DNA of 64,000 bases from NCBI GenBank assembly GCA_045613065.1, contig JAZLAH010000044.1, forward strand, positions 55 through 64,054. Reading direction: 5' to 3'. The notes below the pieces were generated by a model. It was not told the origin of the DNA and searched no databases. It worked only from the letters and a program-made list of their open reading frames with translations. This DNA comes from Candidatus Fimenecus sp. Its GTDB lineage: Bacteria > Bacillota > Clostridia > Oscillospirales > Acutalibacteraceae. Position numbers and translations under genes: made by a program. Of the stretch, positions 9,058 to 18,092 are shown one piece after another. Position 1 is the first letter of the stretch; each line of letters starts with the position of its first letter.

Positions 9058-10416
9058 ATGGGTAAACGAAATATTGATATGCTCAACGGTTCTTTATTTA
9101 AGAACGTTATTGCATATACCATACCAATAATCCTTACAGGACTTTTACAACTTCTTTTTAATGCTGCCGACCTTGTTATTGTAGGTCGTTATTGTGGCAG
9201 TATTTCTGTTGCAGCAGTTGGTGCAACAGGTTCAATTACCAATCTTATTGTCAATCTGTTCATTGGTCTTTCCGTTGGCGCAGGTGTTGTTGTAGCACAG
9301 GCTCTTGGAGCAAGAGATAATAGAAAGGCTCACAAAACAGTACATACTGCAATTCCAACAGCACTTGTTGGTGGTGTTATTCTTACAATAGTTGGTATTG
9401 GTTTTTCTGAAACCTTTTTGAAATGGATGGATACACCACAAGATGTTCTTCCACTTTCTGCACTTTATATGAAAATATATTTTGCAGGTATCATCTTTAT
9501 GATGATTTACAATTTCTGTGCATCGATTCTTCGTGCTGCCGGTGATACGAAATCTCCACTTATATTCCTGACTATCGCAGGTGTCGTTAATGTTGTACTT
9601 AATGTTATTTTTGTAACTGTATTTGACCTTAATGTGGCAGGTGTTGCACTTGCAACTACAATTTCACAAGGTGTTTCTGCAACTCTTGTTGTGATTGCAC
9701 TTGTAAAACGGAATGATGCTTGTAAACTGTATTTTTCACAACTGAAATTTTATAAGAATGAGCTTTTTGAAATTATTAAAATTGGGTTACCTGCAGGTAT
9801 TCAGGGTTCACTTTTCTCAATTTCCAATGTTATCATTCAATCTTCAATAAATTCATTTGGTTCAGTTGTAATGTCAGGAAATGCCGCTGCACTTAACATT
9901 GAAGGATTTATGTTTGTATGTCTTAACGCATTTCATCAAACAACACTCAACTTCACAGGACAGAATATTGGTGCAAATCAATACAAAAGAGCAAAAAAGA
10001 TATTCATCTTAAATATGTTGTGTGTATTTATAGTTGGATTAGTTATTTCAATCAGTGTTTATCTTGCTGGTCCATACCTTTTGAAAATATATCTTCCGGA
10101 TTCAGCTGATGCAGTAGCTTACGGTCTTTTAAGACTTAAATGTTTATGCCTTGCATATTGCCTTTTGGGAATGATGGACGTTTCAGGTGGTGGACTTCGT
10201 GGAATGGGTGTATCCTTTGCACCAATGGTAATTTCTGTACTTGGTGTATGTGGTATCCGTATAGGTTGGATTTACACCATATTCCAAATACCTCAATTCC
10301 ATACACTTGATGTCTTATATCTGTCATATGCTATCTCCTGGGGAATTACTTTTGTTTCTCAGACAATTGCGTATTTTATCACATATAACAAACGAAAAAG
10401 GGAGATTGCCAAATGA
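9058..10416 (+). CDS. MATE family efflux transporter
   Basis: About 12 predicted TM segments. N-terminus MGKRNIDMLNGSLFKNVIAYTIPIILTGLLQLLFNAADLVIVGR is typical of MATE/NorM-like proteins. Start set at ATG 9058 (RBS AGGTGA), because the ORF-track extension overlaps the tRNA. Confidence 0.85.
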   Translation: MGKRNIDMLNGSLFKNVIAYTIPIILTGLLQLLFNAADLVIVGRYCGSISVAAVGATGSITNLIVNLFIGLSVGAGVVVAQALGARDNRKAHKTVHTAIPTALVGGVILTIVGIGFSETFLKWMDTPQDVLPLSALYMKIYFAGIIFMMIYNFCASILRAAGDTKSPLIFLTIAGVVNVVLNVIFVTVFDLNVAGVALATTISQGVSATLVVIALVKRNDACKLYFSQLKFYKNELFEIIKIGLPAGIQGSLFSISNVIIQSSINSFGSVVMSGNAAALNIEGFMFVCLNAFHQTTLNFTGQNIGANQYKRAKKIFILNMLCVFIVGLVISISVYLAGPYLLKIYLPDSADAVAYGLLRLKCLCLAYCLLGMMDVSGGGLRGMGVSFAPMVISVLGVCGIRIGWIYTIFQIPQFHTLDVLYLSYAISWGITFVSQTIAYFITYNKRKREIAK

Positions 10417-11312
10417 AATTGACCAAATATCTTTTTTGTTATTTCACAGGTAATGAGCCTGAAAACGAATCCGTACATTTTGCTGTTTCAGAAGATGGGT
10501 ATAATTTTACAGCATTAAATAATAATGAGCCTGTGATAATTCAGACTCTTGGGAGAAAGTGTTGTCGTGACCCATATATTTTCCGTGATGAAAATGGTGT
10601 TTTTCATATAATCGCTACCGATATGCGATGCTATGACGGTTGGGCTAATAACAATTCAATGGTAATATGGGACAGCGTTGACCTTATTAATTGGGAAAAT
10701 GAAAGAATAATTGATTTTTCTGGGTTTGAAGCTACTAAAACTGCAAACCGTGTCTGGGCACCTCAGGTGGTTTACGATAAGAAAAAACAGGAATATATGA
10801 TTTATTGGAGTAACAACAACGAAGATGAAGGTTGGCACACTATTCCTTGGTATGCTTATACAAAAGATTTTGTGACTCTTACAACTGAACCAAAAATCTT
10901 ATATAATCCAACAAGTGGTATGGCAGCCATTGATGGTGATATCATCGAAAAAGACAACAAATTCTATCTCTATGTTGCTGATGAAAAGCAAGACGGAATC
11001 TGTTATGTTGTTTCCGATAACCTTTCAGGACCATACACAGAGCCTGAAAATAACAGAATCTCTGTTGCTAATACAGCATTGGAAGGACATTGTACATATA
11101 AAATTCTTGGTACAGATAAATACGTACTTATTGCTGACCAATTCAGAGCAGGCGGATATTTTATGCAGGAATCAACAGATATGATAAACTTTACAAAGGT
11201 AGATAAGAATAAATATTCTCTCGACCATCTTTCTCCTCGTCATGGGTCTGTTATGCACATAACAGATGAAGAATATCAAAGACTTATTGACAAATACAAT
11301 ATAAAATGTTAA
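10413..11312 (+). CDS. GH43-like five-bladed beta-propeller glycoside hydrolase, no signal peptide
   Basis: RDPYIF (catalytic Asp context), WAPQV, IDGDI and LEGH motifs. ATGA start/stop overlap with the MATE gene. Paralog at 16924-17949. Confidence 0.7.
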   Translation: MKLTKYLFCYFTGNEPENESVHFAVSEDGYNFTALNNNEPVIIQTLGRKCCRDPYIFRDENGVFHIIATDMRCYDGWANNNSMVIWDSVDLINWENERIIDFSGFEATKTANRVWAPQVVYDKKKQEYMIYWSNNNEDEGWHTIPWYAYTKDFVTLTTEPKILYNPTSGMAAIDGDIIEKDNKFYLYVADEKQDGICYVVSDNLSGPYTEPENNRISVANTALEGHCTYKILGTDKYVLIADQFRAGGYFMQESTDMINFTKVDKNKYSLDHLSPRHGSVMHITDEEYQRLIDKYNIKC

Positions 11313-11342
11313 AGTTTATCATCATTATAAAAGGCGGCTAAA

Positions 11343-12314
11343 ATGAGAAAAGGTAATTTAATGAGTGTTCGTCACGATATTCGATTGCTTGATGCAACCA
11401 TCCGTGACGGAGGACTTTGTAACAACTTTAATTTTTCGGATGAATTTGTCCATGAACTTTATAAAACTAATATTAAATGTGGCGTTGACTATATGGAATT
11501 CGGTTATCGTGCAAGTCGCAATCTTTTTAATGAAGATGAGCACGGCAAATGGAAATTCTGTAAAGAAGAAGATATTCGTGCAATCGTTGGCGAAAACAAT
11601 TCTCCTATGAAAATTTCCGTTATGGCTGACGTTGGTAGATGCGATTACAAAACTGATTTTATTCCTAAAAAAGACAGCGTAATTGATATGATTCGTATTG
11701 CTTGTTATATCAATCAGATTCCATCGGCTATTGAAATGATAAATTATTTCAATGAATTAGGATATGAAACAACATGCAATATTATGGCAATTTCACAGGC
11801 AAGTTTTCATCAGATTGACGATGCTCTCCAGATGCTGTGCGACTCAAAAGTTGACGTAATCTATCTCGTTGACAGTTATGGTGCACTTGTTCCTGAAAAC
11901 ACCGTTGAACTTGCAAAAAAGTATCTTGAATACGGTGAAAAGAGTGGTAAACAAATTGGGTTCCACGGTCATAACAATCAAAATCTTGCTTATGCAAATA
12001 CCATTGAAGCATTGTCATACGGTGTATCTTATCTTGATGCAACCGCTATGTCTATGGGACGTGGTGCAGGCAACTGTGCTATGGAATCTTTGTTGGGATT
12101 CCTTAAAAATCCAAAATACAGCACATATAGCCTTGTTAAGTTCATTGAGAATTATATGGTTCCGTTGAAGAAATCAGGTGTTGTGTGGGGATATGACTTG
12201 CAATATCTTTTGACAGGACAACTTAATCGTCACCCAAGGGAAGCTATAAGATTTACTCAACAAAAACGAAGTGACTATACAGAGTTTTATAAAGAATTGC
12301 TTGACAATAACTGA
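11343..12314 (+). CDS. HMGL-like / DRE-TIM metallolyase family aldolase-type protein
   Basis: LLDATIRDGG N-terminal motif and HGHNNQNLAYANT metal-site motif of the pyruvate carboxyltransferase (HMGL-like) fold. The start could instead be ATG 11361. Confidence 0.7.
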   Translation: MRKGNLMSVRHDIRLLDATIRDGGLCNNFNFSDEFVHELYKTNIKCGVDYMEFGYRASRNLFNEDEHGKWKFCKEEDIRAIVGENNSPMKISVMADVGRCDYKTDFIPKKDSVIDMIRIACYINQIPSAIEMINYFNELGYETTCNIMAISQASFHQIDDALQMLCDSKVDVIYLVDSYGALVPENTVELAKKYLEYGEKSGKQIGFHGHNNQNLAYANTIEALSYGVSYLDATAMSMGRGAGNCAMESLLGFLKNPKYSTYSLVKFIENYMVPLKKSGVVWGYDLQYLLTGQLNRHPREAIRFTQQKRSDYTEFYKELLDNN

Positions 12315-12325
12315 TATAAAAAATC

Positions 12326-12352
12326 ATGCGAGGTTCAAAACCTCGCATTTTG
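12326..12352 (+). terminator. Rho-independent terminator after the aldolase-like gene (A and T runs on both sides)
   Basis: ATGCGAGG-TTCAAAA-CCTCGCAT followed by TTTTG and preceded by AAAAAA. Confidence 0.8.
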
Positions 12353-12515
12353 TCATTTAAGTATGAAAAAAGGCATCTTTCTCAGACGCCCAACATATTT
12401 AGAATACCAAATTTTCTATAAAAAGTCAATAGAATTTCAAAATTTTCATGAGCATAATGCACAAAATCTACGTTTTAAATAATTAAAAAGTATCAACTTT
12501 GTACAAAATTACATA

Positions 12516-12544
12516 TTGAAAAATACTTTTCTCTGTGTTATATT
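12516..12544 (+). promoter_or_regulatory. Near-consensus sigma-70-type promoter with no gene behind it
   Basis: TTGAAA (12516-12521), 17-nt spacer, TATATT (12539-12544). Confidence 0.55.
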
Positions 12545-12550
12545 ATAGAC

Positions 12551-12970
12551 ACAGAAAGGAAACGGTGATTCCAATGTACAGGTAAATCACAAAAGGTTCT
12601 TAATAGAAAATAGAACTTAGTTTAAAAGAAAAATTTAAGTGTAGCAAACAGCACAGACGAAAGTGATAAAAAATTTGATATAGATTTAATGTTTGCAAAC
12701 TAAAGTTTATTTTTGAATGAGAACCAACTTAAGAGTCTTCTGAAAATTGAAAATTAGGTTCCGATGCATAAAAGAGTCTCGCTTTTCGAGAATATTGATG
12801 ACTGTAGAGAGTGTAGTGGAGTTGAAAATCAAAAACGAGAAGACTAAAAAAATCTGTAGAATGAGAGGTAGATAAAAAGATGTTAGATATCAAGAGTGAA
12901 CAGAAGTAACCCTCCGAGTCAGTGAAAGGTGTGTAAAGAAACATCGGCTCTGAGGGTTATTTCATTTTTA
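12551..12970 (+). ncRNA. Candidate non-coding (or micro-ORF) transcript of unknown class
   Basis: Bounded by the promoter above and a long hairpin terminator. Stops are frequent in all three plus frames, and the longest ATG ORF is 27 codons with a weak RBS. Local hairpins at 12565-12590, 12595-12617 and 12777-12791. Long-range complement AGTCTTCT (12734-12741) / AGAAGACT (12838-12845). Confidence 0.35.
12908..12970 (+). terminator. Long-stem Rho-independent terminator
   Basis: AACCCTC(C)GAGTC ... G(G)CTC(T)GAGGGTT followed by ATTTCATTTTT. Confidence 0.65.
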
Positions 12971-12999
12971 TAATCACTTTTTTCACAATCTGTTCATTA

Positions 13000-13023
13000 C
13001 GTCCCGATTGGGCGATTTTTTTT
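13000..13023 (+). terminator. Second tandem terminator
   Basis: CGTCC-CGATT-GGGCG followed by ATTTTTTTTT. Confidence 0.6.
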
Positions 13024-13053
13024 GCCCTGATGACTGATTTTTTTAGTTTTTTA

Positions 13054-13082
13054 TTGAAATAGCCTTTTAAGAGTATTATAAT
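13054..13082 (+). promoter_or_regulatory. Sigma-70-type promoter for the ABC exporter pair
   Basis: TTGAAA (13054-13059), 17-nt spacer, TATAAT (13077-13082). RBS AAGGAGGG lies before ATG 13133. Confidence 0.6.
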
Positions 13083-13132
13083 TTATAGGTTACTAATCGT
13101 TCAACCTAAAATTATAATAAGGAGGGAATTCA

Positions 13133-14959
13133 ATGAGGTGGATTAAACTTCACGAACCCGTTAAGGTTCCTATTTTCAAAAATGCTTTATTTGCTTTGAA
13201 GCTTGTTTGGAAAGCAGATAAAAGACTTTTAATTGGCTATCTTGTTACGGAAATTTCCAACAAAGTTTTATCTATGTATGTTCAAAACATATTGTTCTTA
13301 AAAGTACTTTTAAGTATCATTGATGGCGATGCTGATTTTAAAACATATTTTACATATCTTTTACTTTTCTTCGGTGTGTATTTCCTTGTAAATGTGATTT
13401 CAGCATTTGCCGAGAGAACAAGACTGATTTCAACAAAAGTTGTGCTTAAAGAACTCAATAATAAAATCTTCCAAAAAGCTACACAAATTGATGTAAGTTG
13501 TTATGAAAATCCTGAATTTTACGACAAGTATCAACGAGCAACTCTTGTGCTTTCATCGAGTTATTTTGACTTGATTTGTTGGGATGTAGCTGCAATTATA
13601 GGTGGCATAATTGCACTTATCTGTGTTGTGACAACAGTTACAGTTATAAATCCTTTATACCTTTTATTCCTGTTGCCTGTCACATTGGTATTTGTCATTG
13701 AAATATACAAGAGTAAAGCTGTTTATAAGCGTGACCTTGAAATGACAACAAACAACAGAATCAAAGCATATACACAGCGTACAATGTTTCTTAAAGAATA
13801 TTCAAAGGATATGAGAACATCAAATATTTTTGCTGTTTTAATTGAGAGATTTAAAAAGGCAATTGATGGAAACATTGAGATTCTTAAAAAATACGGTTTA
13901 AAACTGTTTATTTACAGTATGCTCAGTTCACTTTTCAGCGATTTTATTCCGATTATCGGCACATATGCTCTTGCAGGTTATCAATTCATTTACACAAAGG
14001 CACTTACAATTTCCGATTTTTCTGTTGTACTTTCATCAATCAACTCTGTCCGCGACTCAACAATGAGCATTGCCGAAGGTTTTGATGAACTTTCACAGAT
14101 GGCTCTTTTCTTCCAGAATTTAAGAGATTTCTTTGATTACGAACCAAAGATTACTGATGGTGGTAAAGAAGCAGAGGAATTCCAGAGTCTTGAATTCAAA
14201 AACGTCACATTCAAATATCCTGATACAAGCAGAATCATTCTTAAAAATGTTTCATTCAAAATTAACAAGGGTGAAACCATTGCTGTTGTTGGTATCAATG
14301 GTGCAGGTAAATCCACTCTTGTAAAACTGCTTTTGCGTTTTTATGACCCTGACGAAGGAGAAGTACTTTATAACGGCATAAACGTAAAAGAGTACAATGT
14401 GGCTTCTTTGAGAAACGCTTTTGCAACTGTTTTCCAGGATTATAAAAACTTTGCAGTTTCCGTTAACGAAAATATTCTATGCCACGAATGTACTGATGAA
14501 GAGAAGCAACTTGCAGAGAAGGCACTTCGTCAAAGTGGTGTATGGGATAAAATTGCAAGTCTGCCAAAGGGTGCCGACACAGTTCTTACACGTGAATTCG
14601 AAATTGACGGAGCAGGACTTTCAGGCGGTGAAAATCAGAAAGTTTCGGCGGCCCGTCTTTTTGCAAGAGATTTCCAAATTGCAATTCTTGACGAACCAAG
14701 TTCTGCTCTTGACCCTATTGCAGAATATAAAATGTATGAAAACTTAATTGAGGTAACAAAAAATAAAACTGTTATCTATATTTCACACAGACTTTCAAGT
14801 GCTGTACTTTCTGACAGAATTTTCGTTCTTGGCAACGGCACAATCCTCGAATCAGGCTCACACAGTGAACTTATGACACAGAATGGTGAATACAGTAAGA
14901 TGTTCACATTACAGGCATCAAGCTATAAAGGTGAAAGTGAGGTGAGTGAAAATGTTTAA
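13133..14959 (+). CDS. ABC exporter, fused permease/ATPase subunit 1 of a heterodimer (BmrC/MdlA-like)
   Basis: N-terminal 6-TM domain. Walker A GINGAGKST, signature LSGGENQK, Walker B AILDEPSS. No N-terminal C39 peptidase domain. Confidence 0.9.
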   Translation: MRWIKLHEPVKVPIFKNALFALKLVWKADKRLLIGYLVTEISNKVLSMYVQNILFLKVLLSIIDGDADFKTYFTYLLLFFGVYFLVNVISAFAERTRLISTKVVLKELNNKIFQKATQIDVSCYENPEFYDKYQRATLVLSSSYFDLICWDVAAIIGGIIALICVVTTVTVINPLYLLFLLPVTLVFVIEIYKSKAVYKRDLEMTTNNRIKAYTQRTMFLKEYSKDMRTSNIFAVLIERFKKAIDGNIEILKKYGLKLFIYSMLSSLFSDFIPIIGTYALAGYQFIYTKALTISDFSVVLSSINSVRDSTMSIAEGFDELSQMALFFQNLRDFFDYEPKITDGGKEAEEFQSLEFKNVTFKYPDTSRIILKNVSFKINKGETIAVVGINGAGKSTLVKLLLRFYDPDEGEVLYNGINVKEYNVASLRNAFATVFQDYKNFAVSVNENILCHECTDEEKQLAEKALRQSGVWDKIASLPKGADTVLTREFEIDGAGLSGGENQKVSAARLFARDFQIAILDEPSSALDPIAEYKMYENLIEVTKNKTVIYISHRLSSAVLSDRIFVLGNGTILESGSHSELMTQNGEYSKMFTLQASSYKGESEVSENV

Positions 14960-16754
14960 GAAAAAGGAAAAAGAAAAGACACTTCACTCAATGCCTTCTA
15001 ACATTTTCTTCTTTGTAAAACTTCTTTTCAGCGTATCTCCCCTGCTTGTACTTGGTGAATTTATGTGGGGACTTTTAATGATTCTCCCCAACAACCTTAT
15101 CCGTGTTATCGGTGTCAAGTACATTATTGATGTTGTAACAGAAGGCAAGGACCTTGAAAGAATTTTCTATGCAGTTATTGTAATTGGCCTGATTTTAGTC
15201 GGCTCAACTGTGATATCCTGGTTATTCCGTGAATTTTATTGGAATATAGAAAGAGAAAAACTTTACTATGGTCTTAACCAAAAACTTTATGATAAAGCAA
15301 GAAGCCTTGACCTTGAATCTTACGACAATCCAGAATTTTACAACAATTTCATTCTTACCATTGAGTCTTCTTCAGGTAATATTCAGAATCTTTTAGGTCT
15401 TGTAAGAATGTATGTGGGACATATTATTTCACTTGTAACGGTTTCATCAGTATTATTGACTATTGACCCTTGGTGTCTTGTAATAATTCTTGTTGTTATA
15501 TGTGTCTTTTTACCTATCAGCAAAAGAGTAGGTACTCTTATGATGGAAAGACGAATTGACAATGCCAAATATCACAGACGTGCTGACTATTTCCAACGTA
15601 TTTTCTATTTGCAGGACTATGCAAAGGAAGTACGAATGAATAATATTTCACCTTTACTTATTGATAGATACAACGATGCTGCTAATGATGTTATCAACAA
15701 TCAGAAAAAGTATTGGAACAAGATTTCAGCACTTAACTGTACACAGAAGGTTGGTGTTCAAGGACTTGGATTTATGTTTGTTCTTCCACTTTATCTTGGA
15801 TATTGTGTACTTGTAAAAGACACTCTTTCAGCAGGTGACTTTGTTGCTACATTCAATGGTGCTCATGCGGTTGCTATGTCATTCCAATTCCTGACAATCT
15901 GGGCATTAGCTCGCTTTTCAGAACAAGGTAAAATGATTGACAAATATCGTGAGTTTCTTAACGCAGACTTCAAGATTAAAAATGGTGGTAAGAAAGCTAT
16001 AAAGACTGAACCAAAAGAAATACAAATTAAGAATCTTTCATTTACCTATCCTAACAATGACAAGCCAACACTCGAAGACATCAATCTTACCATTAAGCCT
16101 TACGAAAAAATCGCATTGGTTGGTTATAATGGTGCAGGTAAAACAACGCTTACAAACCTGTTATTAAGACTTTATGACGCAACTGAAGGTACAATACTTA
16201 TTGATGGCGAGGACATCAGAAAAGCCACTGCAGAATCCCACCGTGACAGATTTTCTGCAGTATTTCAGGATTTCCAGATTTTCTCCTGCAGTTTAGGTGA
16301 AAATGTTGCTCTTGATATTAATCCTGACGAAAAAAGAGTTATGGATGCATTGAAACACAGTGGTTTTAATAAGAAACTTAAAAACGGAATTAACTCTGAA
16401 CTTCTTCGTGAATTTGACGATGATGGTGTAATGCTCTCTGGTGGTGAAGCGCAAAAAACTGCTATTGCACGAGCATTCTATAAGGATTGTCCTTATGTTA
16501 TCCTTGACGAACCAAGTGCAAATCTTGACCCTGTTGCTGAATATAATCTTAATCAGGCAATGATTGAAGCAGCAGACCAGAAAACTGTTATTTTCATTTC
16601 TCACAGACTTTCAACTACCGTTAATGCAGACAGAATTTATGTTATGGAAAACGGACGAATCATTGAAAGTGGTAGTCACCAGGAATTAATGGAACTGAAT
16701 GGCACATATGCCTATATGTTCAATCTCCAGGCAGAGAAATATAAAACGGAATAA
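14946..16754 (+). CDS. ABC exporter, fused permease/ATPase subunit 2 (BmrD/MdlB-like)
   Basis: Overlaps subunit 1 by 14 nt. Walker A GYNGAGKTT, signature LSGGEAQK, Walker B ILDEPSA. Confidence 0.9.
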   Translation: MKMFKKKEKEKTLHSMPSNIFFFVKLLFSVSPLLVLGEFMWGLLMILPNNLIRVIGVKYIIDVVTEGKDLERIFYAVIVIGLILVGSTVISWLFREFYWNIEREKLYYGLNQKLYDKARSLDLESYDNPEFYNNFILTIESSSGNIQNLLGLVRMYVGHIISLVTVSSVLLTIDPWCLVIILVVICVFLPISKRVGTLMMERRIDNAKYHRRADYFQRIFYLQDYAKEVRMNNISPLLIDRYNDAANDVINNQKKYWNKISALNCTQKVGVQGLGFMFVLPLYLGYCVLVKDTLSAGDFVATFNGAHAVAMSFQFLTIWALARFSEQGKMIDKYREFLNADFKIKNGGKKAIKTEPKEIQIKNLSFTYPNNDKPTLEDINLTIKPYEKIALVGYNGAGKTTLTNLLLRLYDATEGTILIDGEDIRKATAESHRDRFSAVFQDFQIFSCSLGENVALDINPDEKRVMDALKHSGFNKKLKNGINSELLREFDDDGVMLSGGEAQKTAIARAFYKDCPYVILDEPSANLDPVAEYNLNQAMIEAADQKTVIFISHRLSTTVNADRIYVMENGRIIESGSHQELMELNGTYAYMFNLQAEKYKTE

Positions 16755-16762
16755 ATCATATC

Positions 16763-16842
16763 GTAGGGACTGGTGTCCCCGACAGCCCATTGTCATTTTG
16801 ACTGCACACTTCGTTCGGGTCGTTGAGGACACCGACCCCTAC
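16763..16842. repeat. GC-rich imperfect palindromic (REP-like) element with GTAGGG...CCCTAC ends
   Basis: Arms GTAGGGACTGGTGTCC (16763-16778) and GGACACCGACCCCTAC (16827-16842) pair at 13 of 16 positions. Strongly GC-rich compared with the flanks. Confidence 0.7.
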
Positions 16843-16864
16843 AACTTTCAAAATGACTTTTTTC

Positions 16865-16894
16865 TTTACATCGTTTCTTGTTTTATGCTATAAT
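16865..16894 (+). promoter_or_regulatory. Putative promoter of the second GH43-like gene
   Basis: TTTACA, 18-nt spacer, TATAAT with TGC just upstream. Confidence 0.5.
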
Positions 16895-16923
16895 ATGCAA
16901 AACAATACAAAGGAGAATGTTAT

Positions 16924-17949
16924 ATGTTATCTGTTGTTCGTTACATCACTGCTATCGTTATGGTAGCATTCAATCTTTTTAACTTCCTTTTCAACGATTA
17001 TGCTTATCCTGCATTATCAAGAAAAGACGCTTATCTTTTCGTGTACTTTACAGGTAATTCTGTTGAAGAACAGAGAATCAATATGGCAATAAGCTCAGAT
17101 GGTTACAGATTCCAGGCACTCAATGACAACAAGCCTATTATTGACCAGAAGTTAGGTACCGAATGTTGTCGTGACCCTTATATACTTAAAGGTCAGGATG
17201 GTTGTTATTACATTATTGCAACTGATATGGATGCAAATCTTGGTTGGACATCTAACCACGCTCTCGTTACTTGGAAATCAGAAGACCTTATTAACTGGAC
17301 TGACGAAACAGTAATCGACATTCGTGAACTTGGTGGAGAATTTGCAAACACAACTCGAGCTTGGGCACCACAGGCAATCTGGGACCCTGAAGTGGAAATG
17401 TATATGGTTTACTGGGCACATTCAACTGTTGAAAATGATATTGCAGGTCACTATTATGCATATACAAAGGATTTCAAGACATTTGAAACTGAACCAAAGC
17501 CACTTTATGGTCGTTGGGAAGAAGGTATTCAGTGTATTGATGCCGACATCGTATATAATGAAAAGAACGATTATTACTATCTCTATTTCAAATATGACGA
17601 AACACAGAAAATTGCTTATGTTAAGTCAAAGAATCTTACAGGACCTTATGATACAGAAGAGCCTGTAATCGTATCTCTCGGCTACTTTGGTGTTGAAGGC
17701 AGCACAATGTACAACATCAACGGTACTGATGCTTGGGTTATGATTATGGACGAATACGGCACAGGTCATTTCTATACACAGCAGACAAACGATTTTGAAA
17801 ACTTTAAACGAGTTAATCGTGACATTACTGCTATGGACCACTTAAAGCCTCGTCACGGTTCAATTGTTACAATTACAGAAAAAGAATACAAAGCTCTTAA
17901 AAATGAATTCGGTGTTCAGAAAATCCCTGCTAATCCAACAATTAAATAA
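16924..17949 (+). CDS. GH43-like beta-propeller glycoside hydrolase with N-terminal signal/anchor helix (paralog of 10413-11312)
   Basis: Shares YLFVYFTGN, CCRDPYI, IIATDM, LINW, WAPQ and PRHGS blocks with the first copy. Hydrophobic N-terminus VVRYITAIVMVAFNLFNFLF. Confidence 0.7.
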   Translation: MLSVVRYITAIVMVAFNLFNFLFNDYAYPALSRKDAYLFVYFTGNSVEEQRINMAISSDGYRFQALNDNKPIIDQKLGTECCRDPYILKGQDGCYYIIATDMDANLGWTSNHALVTWKSEDLINWTDETVIDIRELGGEFANTTRAWAPQAIWDPEVEMYMVYWAHSTVENDIAGHYYAYTKDFKTFETEPKPLYGRWEEGIQCIDADIVYNEKNDYYYLYFKYDETQKIAYVKSKNLTGPYDTEEPVIVSLGYFGVEGSTMYNINGTDAWVMIMDEYGTGHFYTQQTNDFENFKRVNRDITAMDHLKPRHGSIVTITEKEYKALKNEFGVQKIPANPTIK

Positions 17950-17959
17950 GTAAAAAAAT

Positions 17960-17991
17960 AAGGAACGATTGTGAAATCGTTCCTTTTTTTT
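17960..17991 (+). terminator. Rho-independent terminator
   Basis: AAGGAACGATT-GTGA-AATCGTTCCTT followed by TTTTTTT. Confidence 0.85.
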
Positions 17992-18030
17992 ATCATAAAT
18001 TAGAGTTTGTCGAGGAGTTAATTGTTGTTA

Positions 18031-18062
18031 CGGTAGGGCGGGGTCAAGACCCCGCCCTACCG
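18031..18062. repeat. GC-rich perfect palindrome (REP-like) with GTAGGG...CCCTAC core
   Basis: CGGTAGGGCGGGGTC-AA-GACCCCGCCCTACCG, located between convergent genes. Confidence 0.8.
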
Positions 18063-18092
18063 AATTACACCAATACCAAAGAGAACGACAAA

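Noticed and set aside
8826-9122. 98-aa minus ORF, and the N-terminal extension of the MATE ORF starting at 8977
   Set aside because: Both overlap the tRNA-Pro gene and its hairpin. The MATE gene has a good RBS and ATG at 9058.
12729-12944. 71-aa minus-strand ORF inside the orphan unit
   Set aside because: No RBS, low-complexity hydrophobic/aromatic composition, and antisense to the promoter-terminator pair. Probably spurious.
12551-12970. Identification of the orphan transcript as RNase P RNA, tmRNA, 6S RNA or SRP RNA
   Set aside because: None of the signature sequences is present. I looked for GAGGAAAGTCC and the P4 strands (RNase P), a tRNA-like acceptor with a tag ORF (tmRNA), and the SRP domain IV motif. 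6S RNA would be roughly half this length. The unit remains unclassified.
13133-16754. ABC pair as a dedicated bacteriocin/RiPP exporter for a peptide encoded in the upstream orphan region
   Set aside because: Neither protein has an N-terminal C39 peptidase domain. No double-glycine leader peptide ORF or modification enzyme is present. They look like generic heterodimeric multidrug/lipid-type exporters.
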